Shown piece after piece: positions 1-14,859 of a stretch of DNA of 64,000 nucleotides (position 1 is the first letter of the stretch; each line of letters opens with the position of its first letter). A program made the translations under genes and the position numbers. The notes beneath the pieces are model-generated. The model did no database searches and was not told where the DNA came from. It worked only from the letters and a program-made list of their open reading frames with translations. The stretch spans positions 139,500,001 through 139,564,000 of the forward strand of contig OX597816.1 of NCBI GenBank assembly GCA_951406725.2, written 5' to 3'. Origin of the DNA: Octopus vulgaris (Eukaryota).

Positions 1-1115
1 CTACCAAAGAGGAATGTCTCTGTCCTCATGCCTTTCAGCCTCGTCCACCAGACAACCTTTCACCACAGCCACCTAGCAAAGGCAAACTGTCTTACCTGCC
101 CGATTAAAGGAAGATGGTGGGGTAGTCATCACTATGGACCCGGCTGATAGGCGTAACCATCCCACACGCGACAGCATCTGTTCGACATACCCCCCACAAG
201 TCAGCAAAGCCCGGACACTGAACGAATGCGTGCAGAACGGTTTCGTTGTTCCGCAGGTACCTCGTAGAAACATGTCTGATAGCACATCCACACCCGTAAA
301 ATTTATCGCACACCAGTAGCGCCTCCACCCCACCCCGACAGCAATTGCCAGGCCAAGGCCAAGGGCATCTGGAAATTGTCAAACGGAAAAGTCCTCCGAA
401 ACACACTATCCAGTTCGTTTTCATCGACACCCAGATTCTCGTACTTACCCGCCACTAATTTTCTCTATATTATAAAAGTGTGTCAACCACCGATGCAATT
501 GCTCAACTCGTAAAAGAGTGTGAGCGCCTGACGACATTTTAGGTACCCGGCGTCCAGTCTCGGTCTTTCCTCCGCCCAGAACTGCAGCTTCCTCAAGGAG
601 AGAGAACTGTAGAAAGATGTGCTTCACAAACGGAACGCACACACGTTCACCTCTCAGAAATCGTTGCAGATGGTGCAACCTGAGCGCGTGGCTGCGCATC
701 AGGAGCCAGAGCATGCGTAAGCCGCTACGCATAGTTTGCTGGCAGCAGACTGAACCCCTGACCATTGAAACTAGGACAGGACACGATGTTCAGACAATAA
801 ACGATGTAAGCATTCACTACCTCACTACCGATCTTTTAAGGACAGCTTATTTTCTACCCATTTCTGAGCAAAGACTGGCCACCCTGTTTGTCACCTCATC
901 CCAATTCTTATCCACCCGAACTGACTCAACTAGACCGAAGCGGTTAGCTGCTTCGTCAGTCCAGCGGCATCAACCTTCCTCTCCAAGAGCCCAGCCACAA
1001 GCCCACTGACTTCGCGTCGATTTTGGCCCTTGCAACCAACTCGTATTGCTTTAAAGTAGTGCCGACCATGTATACTTCCAGACTTTGTTTTATTGTACAC
1101 CGTGGTTGAGTCCAT
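1..1115 (-). mobile_element. Degraded Tx1/L1-clade LINE ORF2 C-terminal half (end of RT, GGLG-like region, CCHC zinc knuckle)
   Basis: Frameshifted minus-strand peptides KSVGLWLGSWRGR, DKNWDEVTNRVASL, RSGLRMLWLLMRSHALRLHHLQRFL and RYLRNNETVLHAFVQCP (ETxxHxxxxC zf-RVT motif); homologous to the piece at 53053-53203. Confidence 0.8.
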
Positions 1116-1607
1116 AAAATAGGATTTGACTACACCTCCATTTAGAGCACAGTTTAAGTTATCTTTTCGTGGAAGAAGGTTTATGTTCCTATAACATTCG
1201 TTAAATCTGTAACCCTTTAAAATGGAAGATAAGAAAGCTCATTTTCAGCACTTGATGCTTTGGGAACCAGACAAAAATTGCTGCAGCTCGGCTGGGATGT
1301 GTAACCCCACCCTCTATATTCACCAGATATTGCTCTTTCGGATTTCCACTTATTCAAGTCTCCGCAGAATAGTCTTAATGGTAAACATTTCAATTCCTCA
1401 GATGACATAAAAATATACCTTGATTAATTCTTTGCCATGAAACCACCTCAATTCTGGGAAGAGAATGTTTTCAAGTTAAAGGAAAGATAGAGACGCATTG
1501 TGCAACAAAATGGTTCATATTTGGTTGATTAAAAATGTATTGGCAAGTATTTATTGACCTTTTTCTTTCCTTTAAAAATCGGCATGAACTTTCCGGACAA
1601 CCCAATA
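1116..1607 (+). mobile_element. Internally deleted mariner transposon
   Basis: Start MEDKKAHFQHLMLWE is fused directly to C-terminal PHPLYSPDIALSDFHLFKS...RIVQQNGSY (mariner YSPDLAP-D motif); ends in a TIR-like CATGAACTTTCCGGACAACCCAA followed by TA. Confidence 0.85.
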
Positions 1608-1725
1608 TTTTTTTTTTAATCATTTCAGTATGTGTAAACCCCAACAGTTTATGTTTTTCTTTGTATTGTTCCCCTCATCCTTCGCCCTGGGAACAAATAA
1701 AGAAATGATTATTGTTATTATTATT

Positions 1726-2085
1726 AAGGTGGCGAAAAGCTGTGAGCTGGTAGAATCGTTAGCACACTGGGTAAATGGCTTAGTGGCATTTTGTCCGACT
1801 TCAAATTTTGAGTTCAAATTCCGCCGAGGCCGAATTTGCCTTTCATCCATTAGGAGTCGAGAAAATAAGTACCAGTTAGCCACTGGTGTCGATGTAATTG
1901 ACTTATCCCCTCCTTTGAACTTGCTAGCCTTGTGTATAAAATTGAAACCATTATCATTATTTAGGTGGCGAGCGGGAAGAATCATTAGCACGCGGGACAA
2001 AATCTGATTGGAAATTCCGCCGAAGTTGACTCTGCTTTTAATCCCTTCGGAGTCGATAAAATGTGTACCAGTTAAGTAGTGGGAT
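1726..2085 (+). mobile_element. tRNA-derived SINE family A (one full and one partial copy)
   Basis: Head GGCGAGCTGG(C/T)AGAATCGTTAGCAC, B-box GAGTTCAAATTCC, conserved body GCCTTTCATCC..GTCGATAAAATAAGTACCAG; more than 12 copies in the window. Confidence 0.85.
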
Positions 2086-2086
2086 G

Positions 2087-2410
2087 TGGAGGCGCAATGG
2101 CCCAGTGTTTAGGGGAGCGGACTCGCGGTCGGAGGATTGCGGTTTCGATTCCCAGACCGGGCCTTGTGTGTGTTTATTGAGCGAAAACACCTAAAAGCTC
2201 CACGAGGTTCCGGCAGGGGGTGGTGGCGACCCCTGTTGTACTCTTTCGCCCCAACTTTCTCTCACTCTTTCTTCCTGTTTCTTGAGTAACGCTGTGATGG
2301 ACTGGCGTCCCGTCCAGCTGGAGGAGGAACACATACGTCACAGAAACCGGGAAACCGGGCCCATGAGCGTGGCTAGGCTTGAGAAGGGCGCATAAATAAA
2401 ATAAAAATAA
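2087..2410 (+). mobile_element. tRNA(Arg)-like SINE family C (octopus OR1-like), nested in a family A copy
   Basis: GGAGGCGCAATGGCCCAGTG..GGACTCGCGGTCGGAGG..GGTTTCGATTCCC tRNA-like head, A-rich tail; related copies on the minus strand at 30945-31198 and 40780-41089. Confidence 0.8.
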
Positions 2411-2962
2411 GCTGTGGGATAGATATCATCGGCTTCCACTCATCCCATAACTTAAAGAAGAAAAAATATTTCAGGTCTTGTTCCTGCAGTAGAAAAGATT
2501 ATAGCTATTATATCATTATATGATACAACAACAGCTGTATTACAAAGAAGATAGAAAAAAAACCTACTAAAATACCTCGACTATAAATTACACACATTGC
2601 ACTACTTTCAACTGAAGAAAGGTTATTGTTGCTGTTACTGCTGTTACTAATTCTGTGGGTGCTCTTGTTATTATTCTTGCTAATGTCATTACTGCTGATG
2701 TCTTCTCCGTTGATGTTGTTCTTATTGTCGTTCGTTTCGGTGTATATGGATATTTATTACATGCCTGTTTTAACAGTAACAGTAGTTTCTGATTTCTCTA
2801 TATCATCTTGGTAAACACACAAAAAGAAAATGTATCCAATTTCCTTCAAGACAATGAATTCTGTTGTGTGAAAGCTCGCTTAACGAGGTAGGCAATACAT
2901 ATTCATAGGTATGCACATAATGTATAATATGTATGCGTGTGTGTGTGGGGGGGTGGGGGGGT

Positions 2963-3580
2963 GAGGTAGCAGAATCGTTAGCATGCCGGGTAAAATGCTT
3001 AGCGGTATTTCGTCAGTCGCTACGTTCTGAGTTCAAATTCCGCCGAAGTCGACTTTGCCTTTCATCCTTTCGGGGTCGATTAAATAAGTACCAGTTATGC
3101 ACTGGGGTCGATATAATCAACTTAATCCGTTTGTCTGTCCTTGTTTGTCCTTTCTGTGAGTAGTAAAGAAATAGGTATTTTGCCAGTCATTACGTTCTGA
3201 GTTCAAATTCTGTCGATGTCGTCTTCACCTATCAACCTCTTGGAGTCGATAAAATAAGTACCAGTTGAGCACTGCGGTCGGTTTGTTCTACTTAGCCATC
3301 CCCCACCCCCCACCCCGAAATTGCTGATCCTTTGTCAAAATTTGATGCCAATCAGTGTATGCGTTTGTGTGATGACGGCGAGCTAGCAGAATCTTTAGCA
3401 CGCCAGGCAAAATGATTAGCGGTTTTCGTCCGTCTTTATGTTCTAAGTTCAAATTCCGCCGAAGTCGTCTTTTCCTTTCATCTTTTTGAGGTGGATAAAA
3501 TATACACCAGTTCAGCACTGAGGTCAGTGTAATCGACTTAACCTCCTCCCCCGAGGCTTTGCACTAAAATTTGAAACCAG
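2963..3580 (+). mobile_element. Three tandem SINE family A copies
   Basis: Repeated TACGTTCTGAGTTCAAATTC..GTCGATAAAATAAGTACCAG units. Confidence 0.85.
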
Positions 3581-3871
3581 TGTGTGCGTATGTGGTGTTC
3601 GTCTGTTTGTGTATGTGTGTACGTGCATAGGTAGCGATGGATTGACGCTAGATATGGCTAAGAAGTCATTATCGCGACTACAAAGTCCTGAACTCAATCC
3701 CATAACGTGGCAACATTGGCAAATGCCTTTTGACATAACTAGGCTCAATAAAAATCTGGTGAATGAAAGTGGGTGAACGGAAACAATGCGGAAGCCGTCG
3801 GATGGATCGCAACATCCTGAATTTCAAAGGTGCAACCTTATAGCAAAAAAGAAAATTTTAAATCATCATTA

Positions 3872-4212
3872 TCTGGCAGAATCGTTAGCAAGCTGGACGA
3901 AATGCTCAGCGGTATTTCATCTGCCGCTACGTTCTGAGTTCAAATTTCACTGAGGTCGACTTTGTCTTTCATCCTTTCGGGGTCGATTAAATAAGTACCA
4001 GTTACGCACTGGGGTCGATATAATCGACTTAATCCGTTTGTCTGTCCTTGTTTGTTCCCTCTGTGTTTAGCCCCTTGTGGGTAGTAAAGAAATAGAAATA
4101 GGTATTTCGCCTGTAGCTACGTTCTGAGTTCAAGTTCCACCGAGGTCGAGTTTGGCTTTCATTCTTTCGGGGTTGATAAATTAAGTACCAGTGAATCACT
4201 GGGGTCGATGTA
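3872..4212 (+). mobile_element. Two tandem SINE family A copies
   Basis: Same head and body motifs as the other family A copies. Confidence 0.85.
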
Positions 4213-4456
4213 AGAAGTACTCATCATGATATAATAAAAGGAAATAGTTACTCATAAATCAACATTTATGAAATATTGTCATGTATTTTTTAAAATTTTT
4301 TGTTTTTTAATTTTTTTTCAGTTATTGGACTGCGACCATGCTGGGGCACTTCCTTGAAAGATTTTAGTCGAAACAAACTACTTCAAGTAGCTATTTTTCC
4401 GGTTGACAAGCGGTGGTGCGAGACAAAAAAAAAACAAAAACAAAACAAAGGTACAG

Positions 4457-4860
4457 AGAGTTAGTTAATTTTTTTGACTGAAAAAGCAAGGCCATGTAGG
4501 GGGACATAGGGTTATGTACAGGGTGGTGTTCATGTAAAGAGTTCAAGCCACTTGTGGTCAAGGGAGACTTTGAACCGAGCGGTCGTCGGCATCTTCACCA
4601 TCTCGTCCGGCAGCTTATTCCACGGATCCGCAACCCGGACGGAGAAAACCCCTCTCCTTCGATTGAGATGAAATCGACGCAGATAGAGCTTTTCGGAGTG
4701 ACCCCGCAGTCGACGCTATGGAACAGGAGTGAAGAACAGCTCTTTCGAGAGGTTACACTTTCCGCTTATGATGTTGTGAGCAAGAATGAGATCACCACGG
4801 CGGCGTCGTTTTTCTAGAGAATAAAGGTCGAGCGTCTTCAGCCTTTCTTCATAAGACAAA
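4457..4860 (-). mobile_element. CR1-clade LINE 3' end
   Basis: Minus-strand YEERLKTLDLYSLEKRRRRGDLI...RLRGHSEKL...FSVRVADPWNKLP...FKVSLD, followed by a short 3'UTR and (TAAC)-like tail. Confidence 0.9.
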
Positions 4861-4897
4861 TATATGAGAGATATATGTATACATCTATGTGTGTGTG

Positions 4898-4932
<35 letters not shown>

Positions 4933-4964
4933 TATTGGGAAGCAAACTTCTTACCACACACGCG

Positions 4965-5011
<47 letters not shown>

Positions 5012-6088
5012 TCACTCAAGTTAGTACTTTTAATTTCATATTCCATATTTTGAAAAGAAAATATTCCTCGTTTTAATAACCTGTTATTCTCTAGTTGTAT
5101 ATCTGCTGACTTACGATTTGGTAATATATACTTGTAACGCATAGCTTCTTAGATTGTAAGCCAGGTTTCTAAACCGAATCAAGATTTTTCCTACATGTTT
5201 CTTCCCTATTGTTCTCAGCTTTTACACTTGAAAATTTATGAGAATCAACTGTCACATTTAGTTGAGTTCTATGGTTGAAGTTAACAATCTTAGATGAAAT
5301 ACAGTTGGGGTGCGATAGACCTATTACTTCCCATTGTTCTCTGACCTACATCCAGTTTTCCCATTCTGTTTTCCTTCTTTCTTTCGGCGCCGACGGAGGG
5401 AGCACTATATGCGAGAGACTATACGGCACTTATCATCTCTACTTGTCGAGTCTCTTTTACTCTTTCTTTTTCTCTCTTCTTTTTCTACCGGTCTTCTTGT
5501 AGTCAACAAAAGATGGATTTAACTACCTACAGAATGCATATCAGTACTGTGAATAGTCATTGTCTTACAATTTAAGAATAATTAATAATTATATTTTCGT
5601 TATCGTACTGTTTTGTTGTATGACTCCACAATGGGCCTTCAATTTTAGTTTATTATTTGATTTTTGATCTCTTGGAATACCAAAAACATTTCGGTAACAA
5701 AGATGGAAATTGAATCACCAAACAAATCGTTTTGAACTATTTCATTTCACTATACTCCATCTACATATTTTACGAGCTACACACAAACTTATATCAATAT
5801 CATTTTTTCCAATAGCACCACATGCGTCATGTTTCTCACCAGCAAGATATCACTAGCAGCGTATAGATCTTAGACTTCTATTCTTTATCTGTGTCATAAA
5901 GTATGATAAACTTAAAACCATAATTTAAAGTCAAACAGTTAAAACATTCATATTCTGACAAATATATCGAGTTGAGCAGTTTGCTTTTTTTTCTTTCTTC
6001 TTCTTAGAAACACTTAAATATTCCCTTCATATACAGGCATATCTTATCAAGACCAATGTGAACATAGATACGTATAGATACGCTGATA

Positions 6089-6270
6089 CATACGTATGAA
6101 CATACGCACACAAATAGATTCATATGTACACATGCAAACACTAAGACACAGATGTGTATATAGTGTATATGCGCATACATACGTATGAACATACGCACAC
6201 AAATAGATTCATACGTACACATGCAAACACTAAGACACAGATGTGTATATAGTGTATATGCGCATACATA
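6089..6270. repeat. Tandem duplication of an ~89-bp unit
   Basis: CATACGTATGAACATACGCACACAAATAGATTCAT...GTGTATATGCGCATA occurs twice head-to-tail. Confidence 0.85.
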
Positions 6271-6786
6271 CGCACATGCATACATACATTCATACTTTTC
6301 TGCTAGGACGTATGTGCATATGTATATGAAAGTCTGTTGTTATATAGGTATTAGGCGTATGTTCTTGTGTTTGTGTATCTATATGTGTATATAGGTGCGT
6401 GTATGTTCGCACGCGAATGTATGTGTGTGTATGTGTGTGTGTATGTATGTGCCTGTCTGTGTCTGTATATGTGTGCGTACGCGACTGGGAAGAATTGTGA
6501 TTACATATGTATGTGTGGTAATTTGCATTTAATTTTGTATTGTTTGCATGACTGAATATTTTTCTGTGAGAATGATGTATTTATCTCAATTAAATCTTAC
6601 GGCAAGAAATATTAAAGGATAATTATTATTTGTTGTCTGGTGTAGTTGACTATTTATTATTCCTATGTTATTTCTCTCCTGTTGCTAAAGAGCATATCAC
6701 ATAAATAGAACAAACGAGTGTAAATGTAGATATGAAATACTGATAACACTATCCGTGGCAATATATCACAATGTAGACGATGTATA

Positions 6787-6825
<39 letters not shown>

Positions 6826-6851
6826 TTCTACATGAATACATTTATATATAT

Positions 6852-6910
<59 letters not shown>

Positions 6911-7097
6911 CGTAGACACAGATGTGCATAAATTTAAACATATGTGCACACATGCGTATACATGCGTACTTAGACACACACATATATGTGCATATATATA
7001 TATGTATATATAGATAGGTATAATGTATGTATGTATATATATATATAAGCATGCACACAGACATAAACACACACATGCACTCACACACACGCGTATT

Positions 7098-7137
<40 letters not shown>

Positions 7138-7699
7138 TGTGTGTCTGTATGTGTGTATACATATATGTATATATAAATGTATGTATGTATGTATGTATGT
7201 ATGTATGTATGTATTATGAGAGAAAGAAAATGGAATTCACGAGACCCTTTATTATTCACTATGATCGTTTCGATCCATCATGCATCGGTGTCTCGTCGGT
7301 GAGATACTGTATAAACAGTATACTACGAGGTGTATACCCAAATTTTAAGATATATATATATATACATGTATATATGCAGTAGTGGCCACGATATACCGGT
7401 TCGTAATAACAAGTGTATTGAAATAGTTATTATTAAGATTAACAACACGTGGAAACTAGATATTATACACATATTTAGATGTATCTAATATCGATCTTTC
7501 GTGAAAATTTCAAGTGAATGGAATAAATATTTCGTAAGTAATGAGAAAATAAACAAACAATCCTCCAAGTTGCAGTTGCCAAAAGTTAAGGGTCACTTAG
7601 AAAAAATGAACTACTAACCGAGGTATATGTTGTTTAGAAGTCTGTTAATGGGCTAACATCTATTTCTTATGATCTTACATTATTGGAACATTCAACTGT

Positions 7700-8640
7700 C
7701 AACATGGCGGCTTGTGAGATACAACCGGTGTCCTGTGATTGAAAAGAAAGGATTGTGTGCTTTCACCAAGAGGGCAAGTCAAATTCTATGATAGCAACGA
7801 CTGTAGGAGAGTCTTGACGTGTTGTGCAACGAATTGTAACTCGTTTTAAGTCATCAGGATCGACAGATGCTAAACCCCAAACCGGTAGACCTCGTAAAAC
7901 TTCACCAAGACAGGATCGTATTATGGTTAGAATGTCACTGAAGGATAGGTTTAAGAGTGCTGCTGAGATATCCCGTGTGTTTAGCTCCGCTTCCGATGTC
8001 AACGTTTCACGCAAAATAGTTTCTCGAAGGTTACGAGGTTTTGGGTCATCAAAGAAACCTCTAATCTCAAAGAAGAATCAAAGAGCCCGTCTTCGTTTCG
8101 CTCACGATCATGTCGTTTGGACAGAAGATCAGTGGTCGCAGGTTCATTTTAGCGATGTTATTGAAGTTTAATGTGATTGGCTCCGATGGCGTAATGTATC
8201 TCCAACGAAGAAGTGATGAAAGGTTATCTTGTGCATGTATGAAGAAGACAGGGAAATATGGAAGAGGCAGTGTAATGGTATGGGGAGTGATCTCTGCTGC
8301 TGGTCCTGGTCCACTTATTCGCCTACAAGGGACTGTCAATGCTGAAATCTACAAGCAGATTCTTAGACAGCATGCCCTTCCACATCTCCAATCTTCGTCA
8401 GTTCAACCTCCTATGAGAGTCAAAGATTTTTTGAGTGATGATAGGGTTGATTTCATGGACTAGCCACCTTAAAGTCCCGATCTCAACCCTCTGGAAGATT
8501 ATTGGAGATGGGGTGCGAAGAACAAATTCAAAGAACCATGATGAACTCCGGGAATTATTGAAAAACGAATGGAATAATATTACTCCGTCATTTTGCAAGA
8601 AATTAATAAGAGCTCTTCGAGATAAAGTAAACTAGTACTA
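7700..8640 (+). mobile_element. Degenerate Tc1-family transposase (pseudogene)
   Basis: GRPRKTSPRQDR HTH linker, KKPLIS..RLRFA..W..VHFSD, GRGSVMVWGVISAAGPGPL, SPDLNP; broken by frameshifts and stops; TIRs not found. Confidence 0.9.
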
Positions 8641-8677
8641 TTTAGTGTACCAGTAACTAGTAGTCATAAATACTGAT

Positions 8678-8890
8678 TTCAAAATTTGCCACAAGGCCAG
8701 CAATTTCGGGGAAGGAAATGAGTCGATTACGTCGACATCAGTGTTAACTGGTACTTATTTTATTGACCCCGAAAGGATGAAAGACAAAGTCGACCTCGGA
8801 TGAAATTGAACTCAGAAGGTAAAGCTAGACGAAATGCCGCTAAGCATTTCCCCCGTTGTGCTAATGATTCAGCCAGCGCGCCACCTTATT
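8678..8890 (-). mobile_element. SINE family A
   Basis: Reverse complement of the family A head and body (CTGGTACTTATTTTATTGACCCCGAAAGGATGAAAG). Confidence 0.85.
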
Positions 8891-9384
8891 GTCGTCATAA
8901 AAATTCATTTATTATGAGTTGAGAATCTGTTGATTTCCAAGCAGTTCTCCATTAATATCCTTTGCTCTCTGGCCTTGGCTGAAATATTCACAACTACAAA
9001 GCAGAAGACTTCTATGGCTTTACGTGATTTTTCTGTCCCAAGCGTATTTCAGAATTTATAATTTCCACTTTGGGGAATTTTTAATGGGAATGTATGCTCG
9101 TTGGCATAAGTGTATGCATGAAATAATGTATGTATGTCATTATTTAGTTTTATTTCAAGATTTCATACTAACAGAGAAAGAGAGAGCGTATGAGAAGGGT
9201 TAACAACATCAACTGCGATCCTGTAGCAATGGAATCAATTGTGTGTCCCCGTTTATTTTAATTGCAATATATATAAGACAAAAAAAACCCAGAGAAGTTC
9301 ATATAAAACTCATGCTTGCCTTGTAACTGGCAAGTTTTTTATTAAACAAATGTTATATATTCATTAGGAGTTCAACACGCGACA

Positions 9385-9640
9385 GTATGTATGTATGTGT
9401 GTAAGTATGTATGTATGTATGTATGTATGTATGTATGTATGTATGTATGTATGTATGTATGTATGTATGTACGCATGTATGTATGTATGTATGTATGTAT
9501 GTATGTATGTATGTATGTACGCATGTATGTATGTATGTATGTATGTATGTATGTATGTATGTATGTATGTATGTATGTATGTATGTATGTATGTATGTAT
9601 GTATGTATGTATGTATGTATGTATGTATGTATGTATGTAT
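9385..9640. repeat. (TATG)n microsatellite
   Basis: Seen directly. Confidence 0.95.
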
Positions 9641-9900
9641 GAATTTGGAACTTGAGAAAAGTCTTGCATATTTTTACTGTCCCATTCACATATTGCACTT
9701 GTAATGTAGGAATTCTCTTTCTGAAAATCCCAGTTTATCCAGATTTTCCTTTGAGCATTTACTAACAAACCTATTGGTTCAATCTTTATTGGTATGAACA
9801 TGAATTCATAGTCTGGATATAGAAGCTGGAGGTTTCGAAGCAGTTGTCCATAGATACCCTATTTTTCTTCGATTTTCCATCTGCTCCAATAATTACCGGC
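9641..9900 (-). mobile_element. RLE-type (R4/Dong-like) LINE C-terminus joined to (CATA)n
   Basis: YGQLLRNLQLLYPDYEFMFIPI...LDKLGFS...[13 protein letters not shown]; same family as 61191-61458. Confidence 0.75.
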
Positions 9901-10006
9901 GTAACAGGCTGTTTCTCCTTATTTTGGCATGGATGATTATCTTTCATTTTATCCTTAACATTGTAACTGAACAATTGTTACAGAGCGCGCTTTCTTTACT
10001 CAACAC

Positions 10007-10208
10007 CAGTGGTTTTCAACCAGGGTGCCGCCAGTACAGTCGAGGGGTTCCGCAAGAAGTTACAAAACTGATAAGATCGGCAGTAATTTTCAATTCTCCT
10101 GTGCAGATATGTGTGCATAAGACTATTAAATTATTGCACAGGGGTTCTTCGAGCCAGTGGAATGTTTCCTTGGAGTTCCGCTCCAGCAAAAATGTTCAAA
10201 AAGCACTG
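10007..10208. mobile_element. hAT (Charlie-like) MITE 1
   Basis: TIRs CAGTGGTTTTCAAC / GTTCAAAAAGCACTG; flanking 8-mers CTCAACAC and CTCTACAC. Confidence 0.75.
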
Positions 10209-10216
10209 CTCTACAC

Positions 10217-10506
10217 CAATGCTTCCCAAACTATCTGATTTGCCGTACCGGCAGTTTTATTTCTCCCTAATGTGCCAGGGACCGGTAATATTTCTTAGTA
10301 ATATTAATTTATACCGGAAACAATATATATAATGAATACAATAAAAGTTGACAATTTTTTTATCTTATATTTATTTTGTAAACAAACAATACATTTAATA
10401 CATTACATATGCATTTTATAAGCATTTAATACGCATTTTATAATGTTTCATTCTTTTCTGGAAACTCGCCGCGTACCGGCACCGGTCAACACTTTGGGTA
10501 GCACTG
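10217..10506. mobile_element. hAT (Charlie-like) MITE 2
   Basis: TIRs CAATGCTTCCCAAA / TTTGGGTAGCACTG; flanking 8-mers CTCTACAC and CTCTATAC. Confidence 0.8.
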
Positions 10507-11052
10507 CTCTATACCACATCAATGTTTTGTACATAATGTCCATCTTGTACAGAGGCATTAACAACAACGTTGTAGTAGTATTCAGTGGTGAGTCTATATC
10601 CTCCACATCACTGTACCGTCTTATATTTCCATCTTTAAGAATTTGGCTTTCTTAGGTTTATATAAAGTGTTTAAACCGAAACTTACTTCGTCATATGTAG
10701 ATAATCTTGTGGTGACATATTCTGAGAACTGCTTTGTGGTGTGTGATCCATGTTCAGTGATAATTCCATAGAGTTTGCATCGATTCTCACACCTAGATGT
10801 TTTACCTGCTTCCTTACACCTTTTGTACCACAACTATTTGTTGTTATAGTGGTTATTTCCGGTCGCTGAGATTCAAAATCATTTCTTTCGATATGACTAC
10901 AAATGTTCTATTGTTGAGCCAAGATAAAGCGACTCTAGTGATCTATGTTACAACCACTATGAAGTTTGCTGCAAGCATAACCGAGCATGGTTGGCAGAGA
11001 AGCGAAGGCTTTCCGTCGAGTGTTCTATTGTGACAGAACTAGTCAACTTCCC

Positions 11053-13320
<2,268 letters not shown>

Positions 13321-14030
13321 AATGTATAGTAGTTGTTTCGTAATTGTGTTTGTCCATCTTTTACTTTGTATTCCTCTTCTTTCACTTTTACTTTCTTCTC
13401 TTCGATATATTTTGTTGTATTGTTTTACTATTAATGATTGAACGATCAGTTATTTATCGTCTGCTAAATGGAAAGTGGGCAACATTTCACCAAATGCAGA
13501 GGAAATAAGATGCAATAATAGACGGTGGAGATTGGGTTGGCGAGTAAATGATAGAAACGAAACATATTTCAAATAAATACATATATAAACGTTTCATTTA
13601 CCTGTTAAAATTGGGTGAAATATGATGAAAAAAAGCCGTTAAATGTTGAAAACTGATAAGGTAAACGTTCGTTGGTCTATTACGAAACAAAATATTAGTT
13701 ATTGATGTAAATAGAGAAACGATGGAAGCAGGAAGAGAGAAAGGGTTCGATGCAGGAAGAAATTGAGAGAGGCGAGGAGAGACATAGAAATAGAGGAGGA
13801 TAGAAAGAGGTAGTTACTAAGGCATAGAGATGGATATTAGAGTCAGAAAGTGCTATGCAAAAACCAAAATTGGTTAAAAGGGAAAAGTTAAAGAACAGAT
13901 GACACTAGAAAATCTGGCAACTTCGCGTGAAAATGCATCCATACGTACATACATACATACATTCGTGTATGTGTGTATATGTGCTTGTGCACATACTTGT
14001 GTGTGTGTACATATATATATATATATATAT

Positions 14031-14177
<147 letters not shown>

Positions 14178-14859
14178 TGTATGTATATACATATATATTT
14201 ACGTCTTTCTATATCAATATGCATATACATACAAACTTATTCATGCGATGTGAAAGGAAGGCAGGTGCACCGTCTTCGCCATCAGTCCTCAACCGCGCTT
14301 CTAGGGCTGCATGCAACCCTCGAAGTTTCTTCCTCTATAAATATAATGTTTCTTTAATTGACTTGCCTTTTATTTCTTGGTGCGCCCCATTCCCCATAAA
14401 AACCCAGGTCTTGGCTCTGTCTCGTACATGAAAAGCTTGAAAACCACAAGTCTGTCAACTTCACAGACCCACTAAGTCACCAGAGCTTGAATTTGCCGAT
14501 GTTTCGGTTAAACTGTTGTTGTAAGTTAATATCTGCAAGAAAGATGCTTACAATGCTAGGGAGTAGACGAATGAGTCGTACAAAGCCAATCGGTTCCAAG
14601 GAACACAGACCATTGTAGTATCGGTAGAATATGCATCATGAGGGGACAGCATGTTCGTGGAGTTGAGGCTGGAGAACAGCTGTGTATGATATTATGCTAA
14701 TCATCCTTATGTCTTTTTTTCTAACTATGGTCTTATGTTAATCAGTTGTGTGTGGTCATGGTCTGGATGTAATTTTATGATCAAAATAATAAGCCGAGTG
14801 GTCTTTTTTTGTGGAGTGCTATATATAAATATAAATATTATCAATTTAGCTAGGGATAT

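Noticed and set aside
2087-2165. tRNA-like sequence
   Set aside because: It is a SINE head continuing into a repeat body with several diverged copies, not a tRNA gene
2963-4212. Regularly recurring GTTCTGAGTTCAAATT motifs suggestive of a CRISPR array
   Set aside because: Tandem SINE copies in eukaryotic DNA; the intervening sequences are homologous rather than unique spacers
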